A DNA stretch of 64,000 bases, from contig JBFMGU010000006.1 of NCBI GenBank assembly GCA_040752415.1, forward strand, positions 1 through 64,000. The letters run 5' to 3'. The notes below the pieces were generated by a model. It saw only the letters and a program-made list of their open reading frames with translations, had not been told where the DNA came from and made no database searches. Of the stretch, positions 18,538-28,267 are shown piece after piece (the first letter of the stretch is position 1; every line of letters begins with the position of its first letter). The translations under genes were made by a program, and so were the position numbers. Origin of the DNA: Myxococcota bacterium (GTDB taxonomy: Bacteria; Myxococcota; JACRCW01).

Positions 18538-21297
18538 TCACGGGCAGCCGGACCCCCCGTTGTTGCCTCCCACGTCGACGGCGCCGGTGAATCCGCGCTC
18601 GGTCACGATCTGGAGCAGGGAGCACGCCGCCGCGTTGGACAGCGAGGGGTTGTCCTTGATGATGAACGCGTGGTCCATGCTGGTGATGGCACTCAGCGAG
18701 CTGATGTCGCTGAGTGCGGCGTTGCCGGCAATCTGGAGGAACCACGCCAGGTGGGTGAGGACGGGGAAGTCCACACCGACGAGCGAAGCATTGTTGCTGA
18801 TGTTGAAGACGCCGCCCTCACTGCGCAGCCGGGGTGCGGAGACGCTGCGCAGGGCCGGGTTGTTGACAATGTCGACGCGCTCGAAGCCCACCGTCACCAG
18901 CTCCGGGAAGGAGACGTCCAGGGCGTCCGTGACGTTGGCGATGACCAGCGCGCCGGTGGAGCACCGGGTCTGCGCGTGGGAGGCCACCTGGGCCGCGGCG
19001 TTGCCCCCGTCGATGTAGACGATGGACACCACGCCGGTGTCGTCGTTGCCGCCCATGTCCACGTCCAGCAGCGTGCTGCCGGGAAGCTGGACGCGGTTGC
19101 GCAGGTCCAGCACCTCACAGGTGGAGAGCGCGCTGTTGTTGCGCACCGAGGCCGCTTCCAGCACCAGCAGCCCGCCCAGGCCCGCCAGACTGGTCAGCGC
19201 GGGGTTCCCGGTGAGCGTCAGGGTCTGCAGGCTGGCCAGCGCCGGGAAGCTCATGCCGGTCAGCGCCGCGTTGGTCTCCACGCGCAGCTCGTCCAGGGAG
19301 AGCAGCTGCGGCAGCGCCATCCCCGTCAACGCGGCGTTGCCCGTGACCACCACGCTGGTGGCGTCCCGGAGCTGGGGTGCGGTGAGGGCGCCGTCGGCGG
19401 GGTTGCCCTCCACGCGCAACGTCGCGCCCACGGTCCGCAGCGCCGGCAGGTTGATGCTCCACGACGCGGCCTGGTTGGTGACGGCGAGGTCGGCGCCCAC
19501 CACGGCAAGCTGGGTCATCGACGCCGCCAGGGGCCCGGGGTCCGCTCCGTCCTCGGGGGTGAACGCCAGGGTCCCGGTGACGCAGGTGACGTTGGCGTGC
19601 CCGTCCGCCTCCAGCGAGGAGCGGATGAGCAGGTCACCCTCCACGGCGTTGGGATGGTCGCAGGGCCCCGGCGGATCGACGAGGCCACACAGATTCGCGT
19701 CACCCGAGCACACCTCCGCCACCAGGCGCCCCGAGGGTCCGTTGCCGCATCCGGGGTCCCGCTCGACGACGGCGCCGGGTTCCAGCACCACCGTGCCCGC
19801 CACCACCTTCTCGCCGCTGCAGATCTCCAACCTACCGCGCACCCGCAGCGTGCCCGCCACGCGCGCGGACTCGACAAAGCGCACCGACGTCACCACCTCG
19901 ACGGTGCCGAAGCTGGGCCGCGCCAGCGTGACCTGCGCGGCGGTGGTGCCGTCCAGGACCAGCTGGTGGGAGGCAAACGCGTCCAGGTCCCCCGTCCCGG
20001 TGATGTCGCCGCGCACCGTCAGCGTTCCGGCGCTGAGGGCCACCACGGTGGCGGTGTCCCAGGTCAGGTCGTCGTCGACGAGCACCCGGTCCGCCGCGTC
20101 CGTCATGTCCAGTCGTGCCAGCGGTCCCAGCTGCAGGGAGCGCGCGTGGAGCCGGGAGGCGCCCAGCGTGACCGAGGCGGCAACCTGGGAGGCCTCCACC
20201 ACCACCGCACCCGCCTCCACGTCGCCCAGCAGCGCGTGCGCCGAGGTTGCCGCGCCGCCGAGGGTGACGTCGGGAAGCTCACCGAACACCGTGGTATCCA
20301 CGCCCACCAGCCGCATCCCGCCGGACAGACCGCTCCCGGGACGCGCGGTGCCCGCCACCCACAGGGCCCGCGAGACGGAGAGCTGCACGCCGGGCGCCAC
20401 CACCAGCGCCGCCCCGTTCTCGACGAGCAAGTCGCCCGCTTCACCGGCGAAGTCGACCTCCGGCACGCGGGCGGCGCCGCGGGGGATGAGCACGGTGGCG
20501 GTCTGGTTGGGCACCTGCGCTGGCGTCCAGTTGTCCGGGTCCCACCACGACGTGCTCACGCCGCCGTTCCAGGTGGACAGGCCCTCACTCCGCAACGCCA
20601 CGTGGACCACCCCGCGGCTGCGCGTGCCGGTGGTGTCGGCGGTGCACACCGTGACCTCCACGTCGACGACGACGGCGGACTCCAGCGGAGAGAACACCAG
20701 CTCCCCGCCCTCCACGATGGCCACACCCGCGGCGGGGGAAACGGAGAGGACGCCGTGGGAGAGCGCGCCGGGGTCTACGTCCTGAAGCGGAATGCGGGCG
20801 TGGACCTGGCCAGCGCCAACCGCGCCCACCTGGCGCCACTGCAACGGCAGGGTCTCCACCGTCGAATCCGCCTCGCACCCGCTCCCGGATGACGACGAGG
20901 AAGCGCTTGAGGAGGAATTGCTGCTGGAGCTCCCGCCCGAGGAGGAGCTGGAGCTGCTGGCGGAGCTGGAGCTGGTGACGCTGGAGGAGACGCCGCCGCT
21001 GGAGGTGCTGGAGGAGGCGCTGGACACCGCCGATGACGGGACTGCTCCCGACGAGGATGACGACCCCGTGGAAGCTTCGGCCAGCTCCGCCAACGGGACG
21101 CAACCGCCGTCCACGCAACGCGCGTCACCGCCGCACTCCGGGGAATCCGCGCACTGCGTGCGACACACCGACTGCACGCACACGTACCCGGAAAGGCAAT
21201 CCTCCCCGGTCTCGCACGCGTAGCGACCCAGATCCGTCAGGCATCCGGCCAGGAGCAGGGACGAAGTCAACACGAAGCCGCGCGTGGCAGGCAGCAC
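18538..21297 (-). CDS. Large lipoprotein: Cys-rich N-terminus, poly-Ser linker, beta-helix-like middle, receptor L-domain/LRR-like C-terminal repeats
   Basis: GTG start, SSLLLAGC lipobox; CETGEDCLSGYVC; WNGGVSTSWWDPDNW; repeated N(A/P)AL(T/S)x(M/L)x(L/F)PxL. The ORF-track N-extension overlaps the GNAT gene. Confidence 0.82.
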   Translation of the reverse strand: MLPATRGFVLTSSLLLAGCLTDLGRYACETGEDCLSGYVCVQSVCRTQCADSPECGGDARCVDGGCVPLAELAEASTGSSSSSGAVPSSAVSSASSSTSSGGVSSSVTSSSSASSSSSSSGGSSSSNSSSSASSSSSGSGCEADSTVETLPLQWRQVGAVGAGQVHARIPLQDVDPGALSHGVLSVSPAAGVAIVEGGELVFSPLESAVVVDVEVTVCTADTTGTRSRGVVHVALRSEGLSTWNGGVSTSWWDPDNWTPAQVPNQTATVLIPRGAARVPEVDFAGEAGDLLVENGAALVVAPGVQLSVSRALWVAGTARPGSGLSGGMRLVGVDTTVFGELPDVTLGGAATSAHALLGDVEAGAVVVEASQVAASVTLGASRLHARSLQLGPLARLDMTDAADRVLVDDDLTWDTATVVALSAGTLTVRGDITGTGDLDAFASHQLVLDGTTAAQVTLARPSFGTVEVVTSVRFVESARVAGTLRVRGRLEICSGEKVVAGTVVLEPGAVVERDPGCGNGPSGRLVAEVCSGDANLCGLVDPPGPCDHPNAVEGDLLIRSSLEADGHANVTCVTGTLAFTPEDGADPGPLAASMTQLAVVGADLAVTNQAASWSINLPALRTVGATLRVEGNPADGALTAPQLRDATSVVVTGNAALTGMALPQLLSLDELRVETNAALTGMSFPALASLQTLTLTGNPALTSLAGLGGLLVLEAASVRNNSALSTCEVLDLRNRVQLPGSTLLDVDMGGNDDTGVVSIVYIDGGNAAAQVASHAQTRCSTGALVIANVTDALDVSFPELVTVGFERVDIVNNPALRSVSAPRLRSEGGVFNISNNASLVGVDFPVLTHLAWFLQIAGNAALSDISSLSAITSMDHAFIIKDNPSLSNAAACSLLQIVTERGFTGAVDVGGNNGGSGCP

Positions 21298-21372
21298 GGC
21301 TGCATTCTTCCCAGGGGTGTCGCGATCTGCCAAGGGCGGACGTGGGAGGGATTTGGTGGCAGCATGCATGCC

Positions 21373-21918
21373 ATGTCGGATGACTTCCTGCTCCGCACCC
21401 CGCGACTCCTGCTCCGGCCCCACCGCCCCGACGACGCGCCGTTCATGGTCGAGCTCAACGCCGACCCGGAGGTGGTGCGCTACACCGGCGACACGGCCTT
21501 TGGCAGGCTGGCGGAAGCGGAGGAGGTCATTGCGTTGTTGATGCGCCAGTACGCGGAGCGCCGCATGGGCCGCTTCATGGTGGTGGAGCGCGAGAGCGGG
21601 CAGCGGTTGGGGTTCTGCGGCCTGAAGTTGCTCCCCGACGGAGAAGTGGACCTGGGCTACCGGCTGCTGCGCTCGGCGTGGGGCCAGGGTCTGGCCACGG
21701 AGGCGTCTCGTGCGTGCCTGGACTACGGGTTCGGTGAGCTGGAGTTGCGTCGGATTGTGGCGGACGTGATGCCGCAGAATTCGGCTTCGCTTCGCGTGGT
21801 GGCCAAGCTGGGTTTCACGTTGGAGGGGCCCCGCCACGAGGACGGCATGGACCTGTTGCGCTTTGCGCTGCACGCACCGGACGGTCCGCTCAGTACTCCG
21901 GCTCCGCGTACGCGGTGA
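21373..21918 (+). CDS. GNAT acetyltransferase, RimJ/RimL family
   Basis: LRTPRLLLRP, GFCGL, DLGYRL..SAWGQGLATEA, N.ASLRVVAKLGF. Confidence 0.92.
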   Translation: MSDDFLLRTPRLLLRPHRPDDAPFMVELNADPEVVRYTGDTAFGRLAEAEEVIALLMRQYAERRMGRFMVVERESGQRLGFCGLKLLPDGEVDLGYRLLRSAWGQGLATEASRACLDYGFGELELRRIVADVMPQNSASLRVVAKLGFTLEGPRHEDGMDLLRFALHAPDGPLSTPAPRTR

Positions 21919-22453
21919 AGGCCGCCTTCACGGCGAGGTCGAAGTGCGCGGGCACCATGTCCACGCAGCCGTTGAAGGAGAAGCGCAGGTCGGCGTCGGA
22001 GTCGAGCGCGGCCTTGAGCCAGGCATTGACGGGCTCGCGGTCAAACGGCACTGACACCGTGTTGCCCTCGGACACTTCAATGGTCTGCGGCCCAAAGACC
22101 AGGCCTTCATCCTGCTCGTCGAGCTTGAGGATGACGGTGCCCTCCATGGTGGTGGACCAGTTCTCCGCGCCAATGTTCTCCACCTTCACGCGCAGGCCGG
22201 TCAGCTCCACCTCCAGCGCGTTGCGCGTCTTCTCCCGCCACTCCGCCAGCTCCTCCTTGGGCACGCGGTCCTCGCGGTGGAAGCAGTTGGGTGAGTCATC
22301 CACGTCCTGACCCCGCACCTGCACGGAGTCCTCCAGCTCGAACGTCGTCAACTGCACCCGCGGCAGACAGGCTTCATTGCCCGCGGTGGCCAGGTAGATG
22401 GCCGTCATCAGCGCGGTTTGGGACCAGATGGAATGCCGGCGTGGCGTGGACAT
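21890..22453 (-). CDS. Hypothetical secreted/lipoprotein
   Basis: GGGAGGAGAG RBS; hydrophobic N-terminus followed by Cys; acidic, beta-rich body. Confidence 0.7.
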   Translation of the reverse strand: MSTPRRHSIWSQTALMTAIYLATAGNEACLPRVQLTTFELEDSVQVRGQDVDDSPNCFHREDRVPKEELAEWREKTRNALEVELTGLRVKVENIGAENWSTTMEGTVILKLDEQDEGLVFGPQTIEVSEGNTVSVPFDREPVNAWLKAALDSDADLRFSFNGCVDMVPAHFDLAVKAAFTAYAEPEY

Positions 22454-22692
22454 GGCTCTCTCCTCCCGGCGCGACCGTGCCGGCGGACCTGATGGGCTGT
22501 TGCCTCGGACAGGCGCGGAGAGAGCACACGCCGTGCCGACCCGCGGGCGGTAGCACGCTCACCGTGAAATGCGTGGTTCTCCTCGAGAAAGCGCAGTGGG
22601 GGCCAGGTGGGAGACGCGGCGAAGGGGCGCACGCGGGACAGGCGCGGGCATTCCATGGGGCACCTGAGCCTCATGGCGCCTGGCGTCGGTGG

Positions 22693-23154
22693 GCAGGTTT
22701 TCCCTCTCCCTCTCCCTCTCCCCCTCCCCCTCCCGGGATGTCAGCGGGACGTGTCCACGTGATCCGCATCAGGCGAGCCGTTCGGTCGCAGGCAGCCGAG
22801 GCTGCACCTGGAAAGGCACCAGCCCTGCCCGCGCGGACCTTCTTCACGACGTCATCGTCGGCAGGGCTCTACCTTGGTGGCGGTAGGGAACGTGGCTCGG
22901 GACAAGCAGCCTCAGGCCGCGCCCCCGTCGTCAAAACCCACCTTCTGCGAACCACGTCCCCTACCCCGCCGAGGTGGAGCCCTGCCGACGCTGACGTCGT
23001 GAAGAAGGTCCGCGCGGGCAGGGCTGGGTGCCTTCCCAGGTGCAGCCTCGGCTGCCTGCGACCGAACGGCTCGCCTGACGCGGATCACGTGGACACGCCC
23101 CGCTGACATCCCGGGAGGGGGAGAGGGAGAGGGAGTGGGAGTGGGAAAACCTGC
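22693..23154. repeat. Large imperfect palindrome, ~207-bp arms (22693-22899 / 22948-23154), 48-bp spacer, hexamer-repeat (CCCTCT/GGGAGW) outer ends
   Basis: Base-by-base reverse-complement match with few substitutions and small indels; the six-frame translations mirror each other. Confidence 0.95.
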
Positions 23155-23197
23155 GCGTGGCGCACTGCACTCCGGGTGCTGCGACCAGCCACGTCCC

Positions 23198-23635
23198 TCA
23201 GTGCTGGATGATGCCGGCCTCGCGGTGGGAGATGTTGCGCAGCACGGTGGCGGCCCGCGCGCCGCGCTCCACGTCGGCCACGTCGGAGAGGCTGATGACG
23301 CCCACCGGCCGCTGGTGCTCATCCACGCAGATCACGCGGGACACGCGGTGGCGGCTCATGAGGCGCTCGGCCTCGTGCAGGTCGTCGGTGGGACGGCAGG
23401 CAATGATGGGCTGGGACATGACCTCGTGCACGCGGGTGGTCTCCAGGTCGCGGTCGGTGGCGAGCACGCGCACCACCAGGTCGCGGTCGGTCACCGTGCC
23501 AAGGACCCGGCCCACCTCGTCGCGCACGGGCATGAAGCCGATGTTCTTCTCCGCCATGCGACGGGCCACCTCGCGGATCTCGTCGTTGGGGTCGCAGCAT
23601 TCCACGCTGGTCTTCATGATCTCGTGGCACTTCAT
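23198..23635 (-). CDS. CBS domain pair protein
   Basis: MKCHEIMK...IGFMPV...GTVTDRDLVVR...EVMS...VGVISLSDV; GGAGG RBS. Confidence 0.92.
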   Translation of the reverse strand: MKCHEIMKTSVECCDPNDEIREVARRMAEKNIGFMPVRDEVGRVLGTVTDRDLVVRVLATDRDLETTRVHEVMSQPIIACRPTDDLHEAERLMSRHRVSRVICVDEHQRPVGVISLSDVADVERGARAATVLRNISHREAGIIQH

Positions 23636-23657
23636 GGTGTTCCTCCAGGGTGCGCGA

Positions 23658-24122
23658 TCAGTGACGCTTGAAGAACTGCACCTGCCGCTCATGCTTCTCC
23701 GCCGCGGCGCGGGTCTTGAACGTGCCCAGGTTGCGGCGCTTGCCGGTCCTGGGATCCTTCTTGCGCGAGTAGAGGCGGTACTCCCCGCTGGCGAGCTTGC
23801 GGATCATGATCTGGCTCCCGCTGACGTTGGTGCGGCTTGCGCGGCCGCCCGTGCGACCAAAAAGCCGGCGCAGCTCATCCTTGGCCTTCTCCAGGCGCGC
23901 GCGGTCCCGCGGGGACAGCTTCCGTCCCGCGCGGTTGATGTGGAGATTGAGCATGGACATGGCGGACTGGAACTTGGTTCCGCGGGTCCGCCGGCTGCGC
24001 TCGACCGCCCGCTTCAGGCCTTGCGCGATTCCCGGGGCGTCACGTCGGAAGACTCCCGGCGGCAGGTCCATGGCATTGGACGTCTCCGCCACCTGGCGCA
24101 CCCAGGACTTTCGCGCGGACAT
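23658..24122 (-). CDS. DUF3175-like protein fused in frame to a 49-aa basic protein (internal start 23807)
   Basis: N-part SNAMDLPPGVF...SAMSMLNLHINRAGRKL...AKDELRRLFGR; C-part MIRKLASGEYRLYSRKKDPRTGKRRNLGTF...QFFKRH preceded by its own GGGAG; no stop between the two parts. Confidence 0.8.
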   Translation of the reverse strand: MSARKSWVRQVAETSNAMDLPPGVFRRDAPGIAQGLKRAVERSRRTRGTKFQSAMSMLNLHINRAGRKLSPRDRARLEKAKDELRRLFGRTGGRASRTNVSGSQIMIRKLASGEYRLYSRKKDPRTGKRRNLGTFKTRAAAEKHERQVQFFKRH

Positions 24123-24192
24123 GCGGCCCTCCGCCGTTCCGCCACGGAGCTAACCGTTGCCCACCCGGTCGCCAACGCGTTTCCGCCCGACG

Positions 24193-25377
24193 TCACGGAC
24201 CCGGGGGCACGCTCCCGCCGCCCGCGCCCGCGGAGCCGCAGACCGCGCCACCGTCGGGGGTGGTGCCGCCGCCACCGCAGTTGCAGTCGCACGGCGGGCA
24301 GGTCTCTCCGGGCGCGCACGCCGGGCAGGCGCAGGCGCATCCGCCGCCACCGGTTCCCCCGCTGGAGGGCTGCGACTGGCACACGCCACTGACGCACGTC
24401 TCCCCTTCGCGACACGGCATGCCGAGCCCGTACCACACACACGCGTGCATGGTGTCCTCGGCGCACGCGGTGGCGTCGGTGTGTGTGTTGCAGGGATCGG
24501 AGGCCATGCCACCGTCGTGGTCCATGCAGTCGCAGGAGCACGGCTCACAGGTCTGGCCCTCGGGACACGCGGGACACGCGCAGGTGCACGCACCGGTGCT
24601 GCCTCCGCTGCCTCCCGAACCGGGCTCACCGCCGCCGGTGCTCCCGCTGCCGGAGCACGCGCAGTCGCAGGGCGGACACTCGCCCAGGGACTCGTCGCAG
24701 GCGGGGCACACGCAGGTGCACGTCCCGTCGCCGGAGCAGCTGGTGCCGCCGCTGTCACCGCTGTTGCAGTCGCACGCGCACGGCGGGCAGCTCTCTCCCG
24801 GTGCGCACGCGGGGCACGCGCAGGTGCAGGTGCCACCCTCGTCGCCACCGGGCTCGCCGTCGGAGGCGCAGCTGCACTCGCACGGCGGACACTCGGCGCC
24901 CTCCGGGCAGTACATGGGGCACGCGCACAGGCAGTCATCTCCGCCGCCACTTCCACCGGCCTGGTAGCAGACGCCCTCCCCGCAACCCGCTCCCCCCGTC
25001 GGGCAGAGGCGCTCCAACCTGGCCCACGCACAGCTGTTGGCCGTGTCGGCGGCGCAGCTCGCGCTGTCGCTGTGCGACGCACAAGGATCCTGCACGTGAC
25101 AACTTCCCGCCGGGCAATCGGGACACGCTGCTTCCATCCCGGACCAGACACAGCCGTTACCGGTATCCGCTTCACAACCGCCTTCCTCGACGTGGGCAGC
25201 GCACGGGTCCCGGGCATCATACGCGGCCACCAGGGCACCGGAGGACCCACCACCCGACGAGCTCGACGACGAAGTGGAACCCGATGACGAGCTGGTGCTG
25301 CTGCTGCTCGACGACGATTCCGGGGTGCATCCCCACACCAGCACCGCGACCATCCACACTGGGGCTGTTGCTCTCAT
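24193..25377 (-). CDS. Extremely Cys-rich modular lipoprotein
   Basis: AGGAGAG RBS; VLVWGC lipobox; poly-Ser; five CxCxCPx(1-2)Cx(5-6)C(P/E)PCxCxC modules and three DPCxxH-x5-CxxD-x4-CxW modules. Confidence 0.85.
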   Translation of the reverse strand: MRATAPVWMVAVLVWGCTPESSSSSSSTSSSSGSTSSSSSSGGGSSGALVAAYDARDPCAAHVEEGGCEADTGNGCVWSGMEAACPDCPAGSCHVQDPCASHSDSASCAADTANSCAWARLERLCPTGGAGCGEGVCYQAGGSGGGDDCLCACPMYCPEGAECPPCECSCASDGEPGGDEGGTCTCACPACAPGESCPPCACDCNSGDSGGTSCSGDGTCTCVCPACDESLGECPPCDCACSGSGSTGGGEPGSGGSGGSTGACTCACPACPEGQTCEPCSCDCMDHDGGMASDPCNTHTDATACAEDTMHACVWYGLGMPCREGETCVSGVCQSQPSSGGTGGGGCACACPACAPGETCPPCDCNCGGGGTTPDGGAVCGSAGAGGGSVPPGP

Positions 25378-25543
25378 GGCGCTCTCCTGAAGTTGGTGGC
25401 ACCAGTGTCCTCCGGGCCCCTGCGGTCCTCAACCCCTTTGTCGTCGAGAAAAACGCTCCGCAACGATTGCGCCTCTTCGTGGTGAATCCTTTGGGCGCGG
25501 CGCGGCTCCCACCCCTGAGGAGCCTGCAGGAGGAGACACGCAC

Positions 25544-25891
25544 ATGGTTTGGATTCGCTGGGTGGTGATTGCCGCGGTGGTTCTGGTGGCGTGGACGTTG
25601 TACGCGCAGCTGAGCAGCAAGCAGTCGGCGGAGGCGCACCGCCTGGTCAGCCAGGGCGCGGTGCTGCTGGACGTGCGCACCAGGGAGGAATTCACCGCGG
25701 GCCACCTGCCGGGCGCCATCAACATCCCCGTGCAGGACCTCACGCAGCGCATGGCGGAGGTTGGCCCCGACAAGAAGAAGCCGGTGGTGGTCTATTGTCG
25801 CAGCGGCAATCGCAGCGCGCGGGCGAAGCGCATGTTGACGGAGGCGGGCTACCAGCAGGTCTTTGACCTCGGGGCGATGTCCAACTGGTAG
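25544..25891 (+). CDS. Single-domain rhodanese (PspE-like) with N-terminal membrane anchor
   Basis: LLDVRT.EEF.AGHLPGAINIP; YCRSGNRS active-site loop; GGAGGAG RBS. Confidence 0.92.
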   Translation: MVWIRWVVIAAVVLVAWTLYAQLSSKQSAEAHRLVSQGAVLLDVRTREEFTAGHLPGAINIPVQDLTQRMAEVGPDKKKPVVVYCRSGNRSARAKRMLTEAGYQQVFDLGAMSNW

Positions 25892-25988
25892 CGCCCATCA
25901 TCAACCAATCCTTTACAGACACATCAAGAAAATACCGATTCTCTTGGCGCCGGCGCGTTGCTACCTCTGGGCCTGTACGGAGGTTGCC

Positions 25989-27392
25989 ATGCTGCGACGT
26001 TGGTTCACGGTGTTCATGTTGACGACGGGTTGTGCCGCGGGAGAGCACGCGCTTCCGGCGGATTCCACGCCCGCCTCCACGTCGGAACCGGGGCACGAGA
26101 CCGGCTCCCACGTCAACCCGGTGCGCGCCACGCCGCCGACGGACCCGGGGTGCCAGGGTCAGTTCCTGGTCTCGCTGGAGGGACCCACGCTGACGCGGCT
26201 GGAGGCGGACGGCTCCACGCGCGCGTTGTTCACGCTGGGCCAGGCGGTGGGGCTCGGCGACAATGACGTCGTGGTGAACCAGTGGGAGATGCGCGGGAGC
26301 TTTGTGGCGCTGGTGGGTTTCCTGTACGCCCCGCCCGCGCCGCACCGCTACGAGTACGTGGTGCTGGACCTGGACGGGAACGTGCGGTTCCACCGCATCC
26401 AGGAGGAACCGTACAACCCGCAGGTGTACCTGGCGTCGGATGGCTCGTTGGCGGTGACGGGCGGCCAGGGCTTCGTGGTTCGCGCGGATGGCGGCGTCAC
26501 GGAGCTGGGCGTGTTCCGTCCCGTCGTGGCGGCGCAGGGTGGATACGTGCTGGTGGCCAACGGAGAGCCGTGGCGTCAGGGCGCAGGCTACGGCTGGATG
26601 CACCTCGACACCCTCACGTTCTCCCCGCTCACCACGTCACCGTTCGAGTACGCCAACTTCGCACGGGTGGGTGGTCGCGTGGTCTATCCCGTCAGCCATG
26701 GCCTGGCGCTGGCCACCCCGTCGTCGACCGAGGTCATCACGGTGGGACCGGAGACCTATCTCGCCGTGGCCGCCACCACCCCCGACGAGCGCTTTGCCCT
26801 GGTGGCCTCCACGAACGACGGTCGGCTCTTCCGCCTCGACGTCAACGCGGCGCGCCTGGACGCGGTGAGCAGCGGCGGGGCGGTGGGACAGATCTGGGGC
26901 CACTGGAACGCGACGCTGGCGCCCGACGGCGCGGTGCTGACAATGGCGAAGTTGGAGGATGGGCGGCTGCAGCAGCGTCGGACGGCGGACCTGGGCACCA
27001 CCTGGGTCGACGTGGGCGAGCCGATGACGCCGGGCCCGGACTTTGGCCTGGGCAGCCACCTGGTGGCGCTGGCGCGCGGGGAGCGGGTGCTCATCCTGAA
27101 CCTGTCCACCGGCTACGGCGACTTCCTCGACGAGGTGCAGCTGGTCTCCCCCTCGGCACCGAGCCAGCGCGTGACGGTGGGCGGGCTGTACATCAACGCG
27201 GACATCCACCCCGGCGCCGCGGACCTCTCCCCCGACGGCACGTGCGCGGCAACGTGGGTGCAGCGTGAGGGCACGGTGTTCGAGGAGGACGCGCTGTTCG
27301 AGCTGCACCTGGTGGACCCCACCAGCGGCACCTCGCGCGTGGTGCAGACGTCGTCACGCGTCTCGCAGCTGCGCTTCGGGATGGGGAGCTGA
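25989..27392 (+). CDS. Hypothetical lipoprotein, probably a beta-propeller
   Basis: GGAGG RBS; MLRRWFTVFMLTTGC lipobox; repeated short beta strands with S/APDG turns. Confidence 0.75.
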   Translation: MLRRWFTVFMLTTGCAAGEHALPADSTPASTSEPGHETGSHVNPVRATPPTDPGCQGQFLVSLEGPTLTRLEADGSTRALFTLGQAVGLGDNDVVVNQWEMRGSFVALVGFLYAPPAPHRYEYVVLDLDGNVRFHRIQEEPYNPQVYLASDGSLAVTGGQGFVVRADGGVTELGVFRPVVAAQGGYVLVANGEPWRQGAGYGWMHLDTLTFSPLTTSPFEYANFARVGGRVVYPVSHGLALATPSSTEVITVGPETYLAVAATTPDERFALVASTNDGRLFRLDVNAARLDAVSSGGAVGQIWGHWNATLAPDGAVLTMAKLEDGRLQQRRTADLGTTWVDVGEPMTPGPDFGLGSHLVALARGERVLILNLSTGYGDFLDEVQLVSPSAPSQRVTVGGLYINADIHPGAADLSPDGTCAATWVQREGTVFEEDALFELHLVDPTSGTSRVVQTSSRVSQLRFGMGS

Positions 27393-27496
27393 TTCCCGCG
27401 GGCGGAGGCCTGCAGCGCGTTGGGCCGCGGCGTTTTCCTTGCGTCGCTGATGCCTGCGTCTATGCTCGTGCTCCCCGTTGCCTGTTGGTGGAGCCC

Positions 27497-28252
27497 ATGC
27501 GCGTCCCTTCCCTGCTCTCTTCCTCCAGCATCATCCTCCTCCTCACCACGCTGGCGTGCAGCGGCGGAAGCAGCTCCACGTCGTCGACGAGCTCCTCCAC
27601 CGGCGGCACCAGCACCTCGTCCTCCTCTTCCAGCTCGTCGGGCAGCAGCTCCAGCTCGTCGTCGGGCGGGACGGTGGCGGAGAACGAAAGCTGCGTGAGC
27701 GACGAGGGCGAGGAGCTGGAGTGCGAGGACGGCCTCATCTGCGTCACCGTCTCCGACGAGAACGACACCCTCCTCTACGGCGCGTGCAAGACCCCGTGTG
27801 AGAGCGACGCCGACTGCGGCAGCCGCACCTGCGCGCTGGGCTTCCTCTCCGACGGCAGTGGCGTGTGCGGCAACCTGCACGGCCCGGGCGAGACCGGCTG
27901 TGAGTTCTGGGAGGAGGGCGACGACTTCTGCTTCAACCCCGACTTCACCGAGGGTCCGGACACCGCGTACATCGAGTGTCTCAACGGGACATGCGGCTAC
28001 GTGTGCAACGCGGAAGGCGCCACGGACCCGGCCCTCACCTGCCCGACGGGACAGACCTGCGGCACCACCTTCCAGAGCTACGACGGATATGAGTCCGCGC
28101 TCGCGGTGTGTGAGACGGGCGGCGCCAGCTCGTCGTCGTCTTCCTCCTCCTCGAGCTCCTCCTCCAGCTCGACGGGCGGAGCGGGCACCTCCAGCACCTC
28201 CAGCAGCGGCGGCACTTCCAGCAGCACCGCGTCCTCCACCGGCGGACCGTAG
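27497..28252 (+). CDS. Lipoprotein with Cys-rich acidic core between two poly-Ser tracts
   Basis: LLTTLAC lipobox; core with many Cys residues (CKTPCESDADC etc.). Confidence 0.8.
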   Translation: MRVPSLLSSSSIILLLTTLACSGGSSSTSSTSSSTGGTSTSSSSSSSSGSSSSSSSGGTVAENESCVSDEGEELECEDGLICVTVSDENDTLLYGACKTPCESDADCGSRTCALGFLSDGSGVCGNLHGPGETGCEFWEEGDDFCFNPDFTEGPDTAYIECLNGTCGYVCNAEGATDPALTCPTGQTCGTTFQSYDGYESALAVCETGGASSSSSSSSSSSSSSSTGGAGTSSTSSSGGTSSSTASSTGGP

Positions 28253-28267
28253 TCGCGGGTCCCGCCG

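Noticed and set aside
21298..21873. N-terminal extension of the 1111-aa ORF
   Set aside because: Overlaps the GNAT gene antisense; the lipobox indicates a start at 21297
22291..23322. ORFs spanning the large palindrome
   Set aside because: Mirror-image translations caused by the inverted repeat; no RBS or domain evidence
24193..25377. Cys-rich protein as a multiheme cytochrome or ferredoxin
   Set aside because: No CxxCH or CxxCxxCxxxCP motifs
25943..25962. Possible sigma-54 site TTGGCGCC...TTGC
   Set aside because: GG-to-GC spacing is 12 nt rather than the required 10
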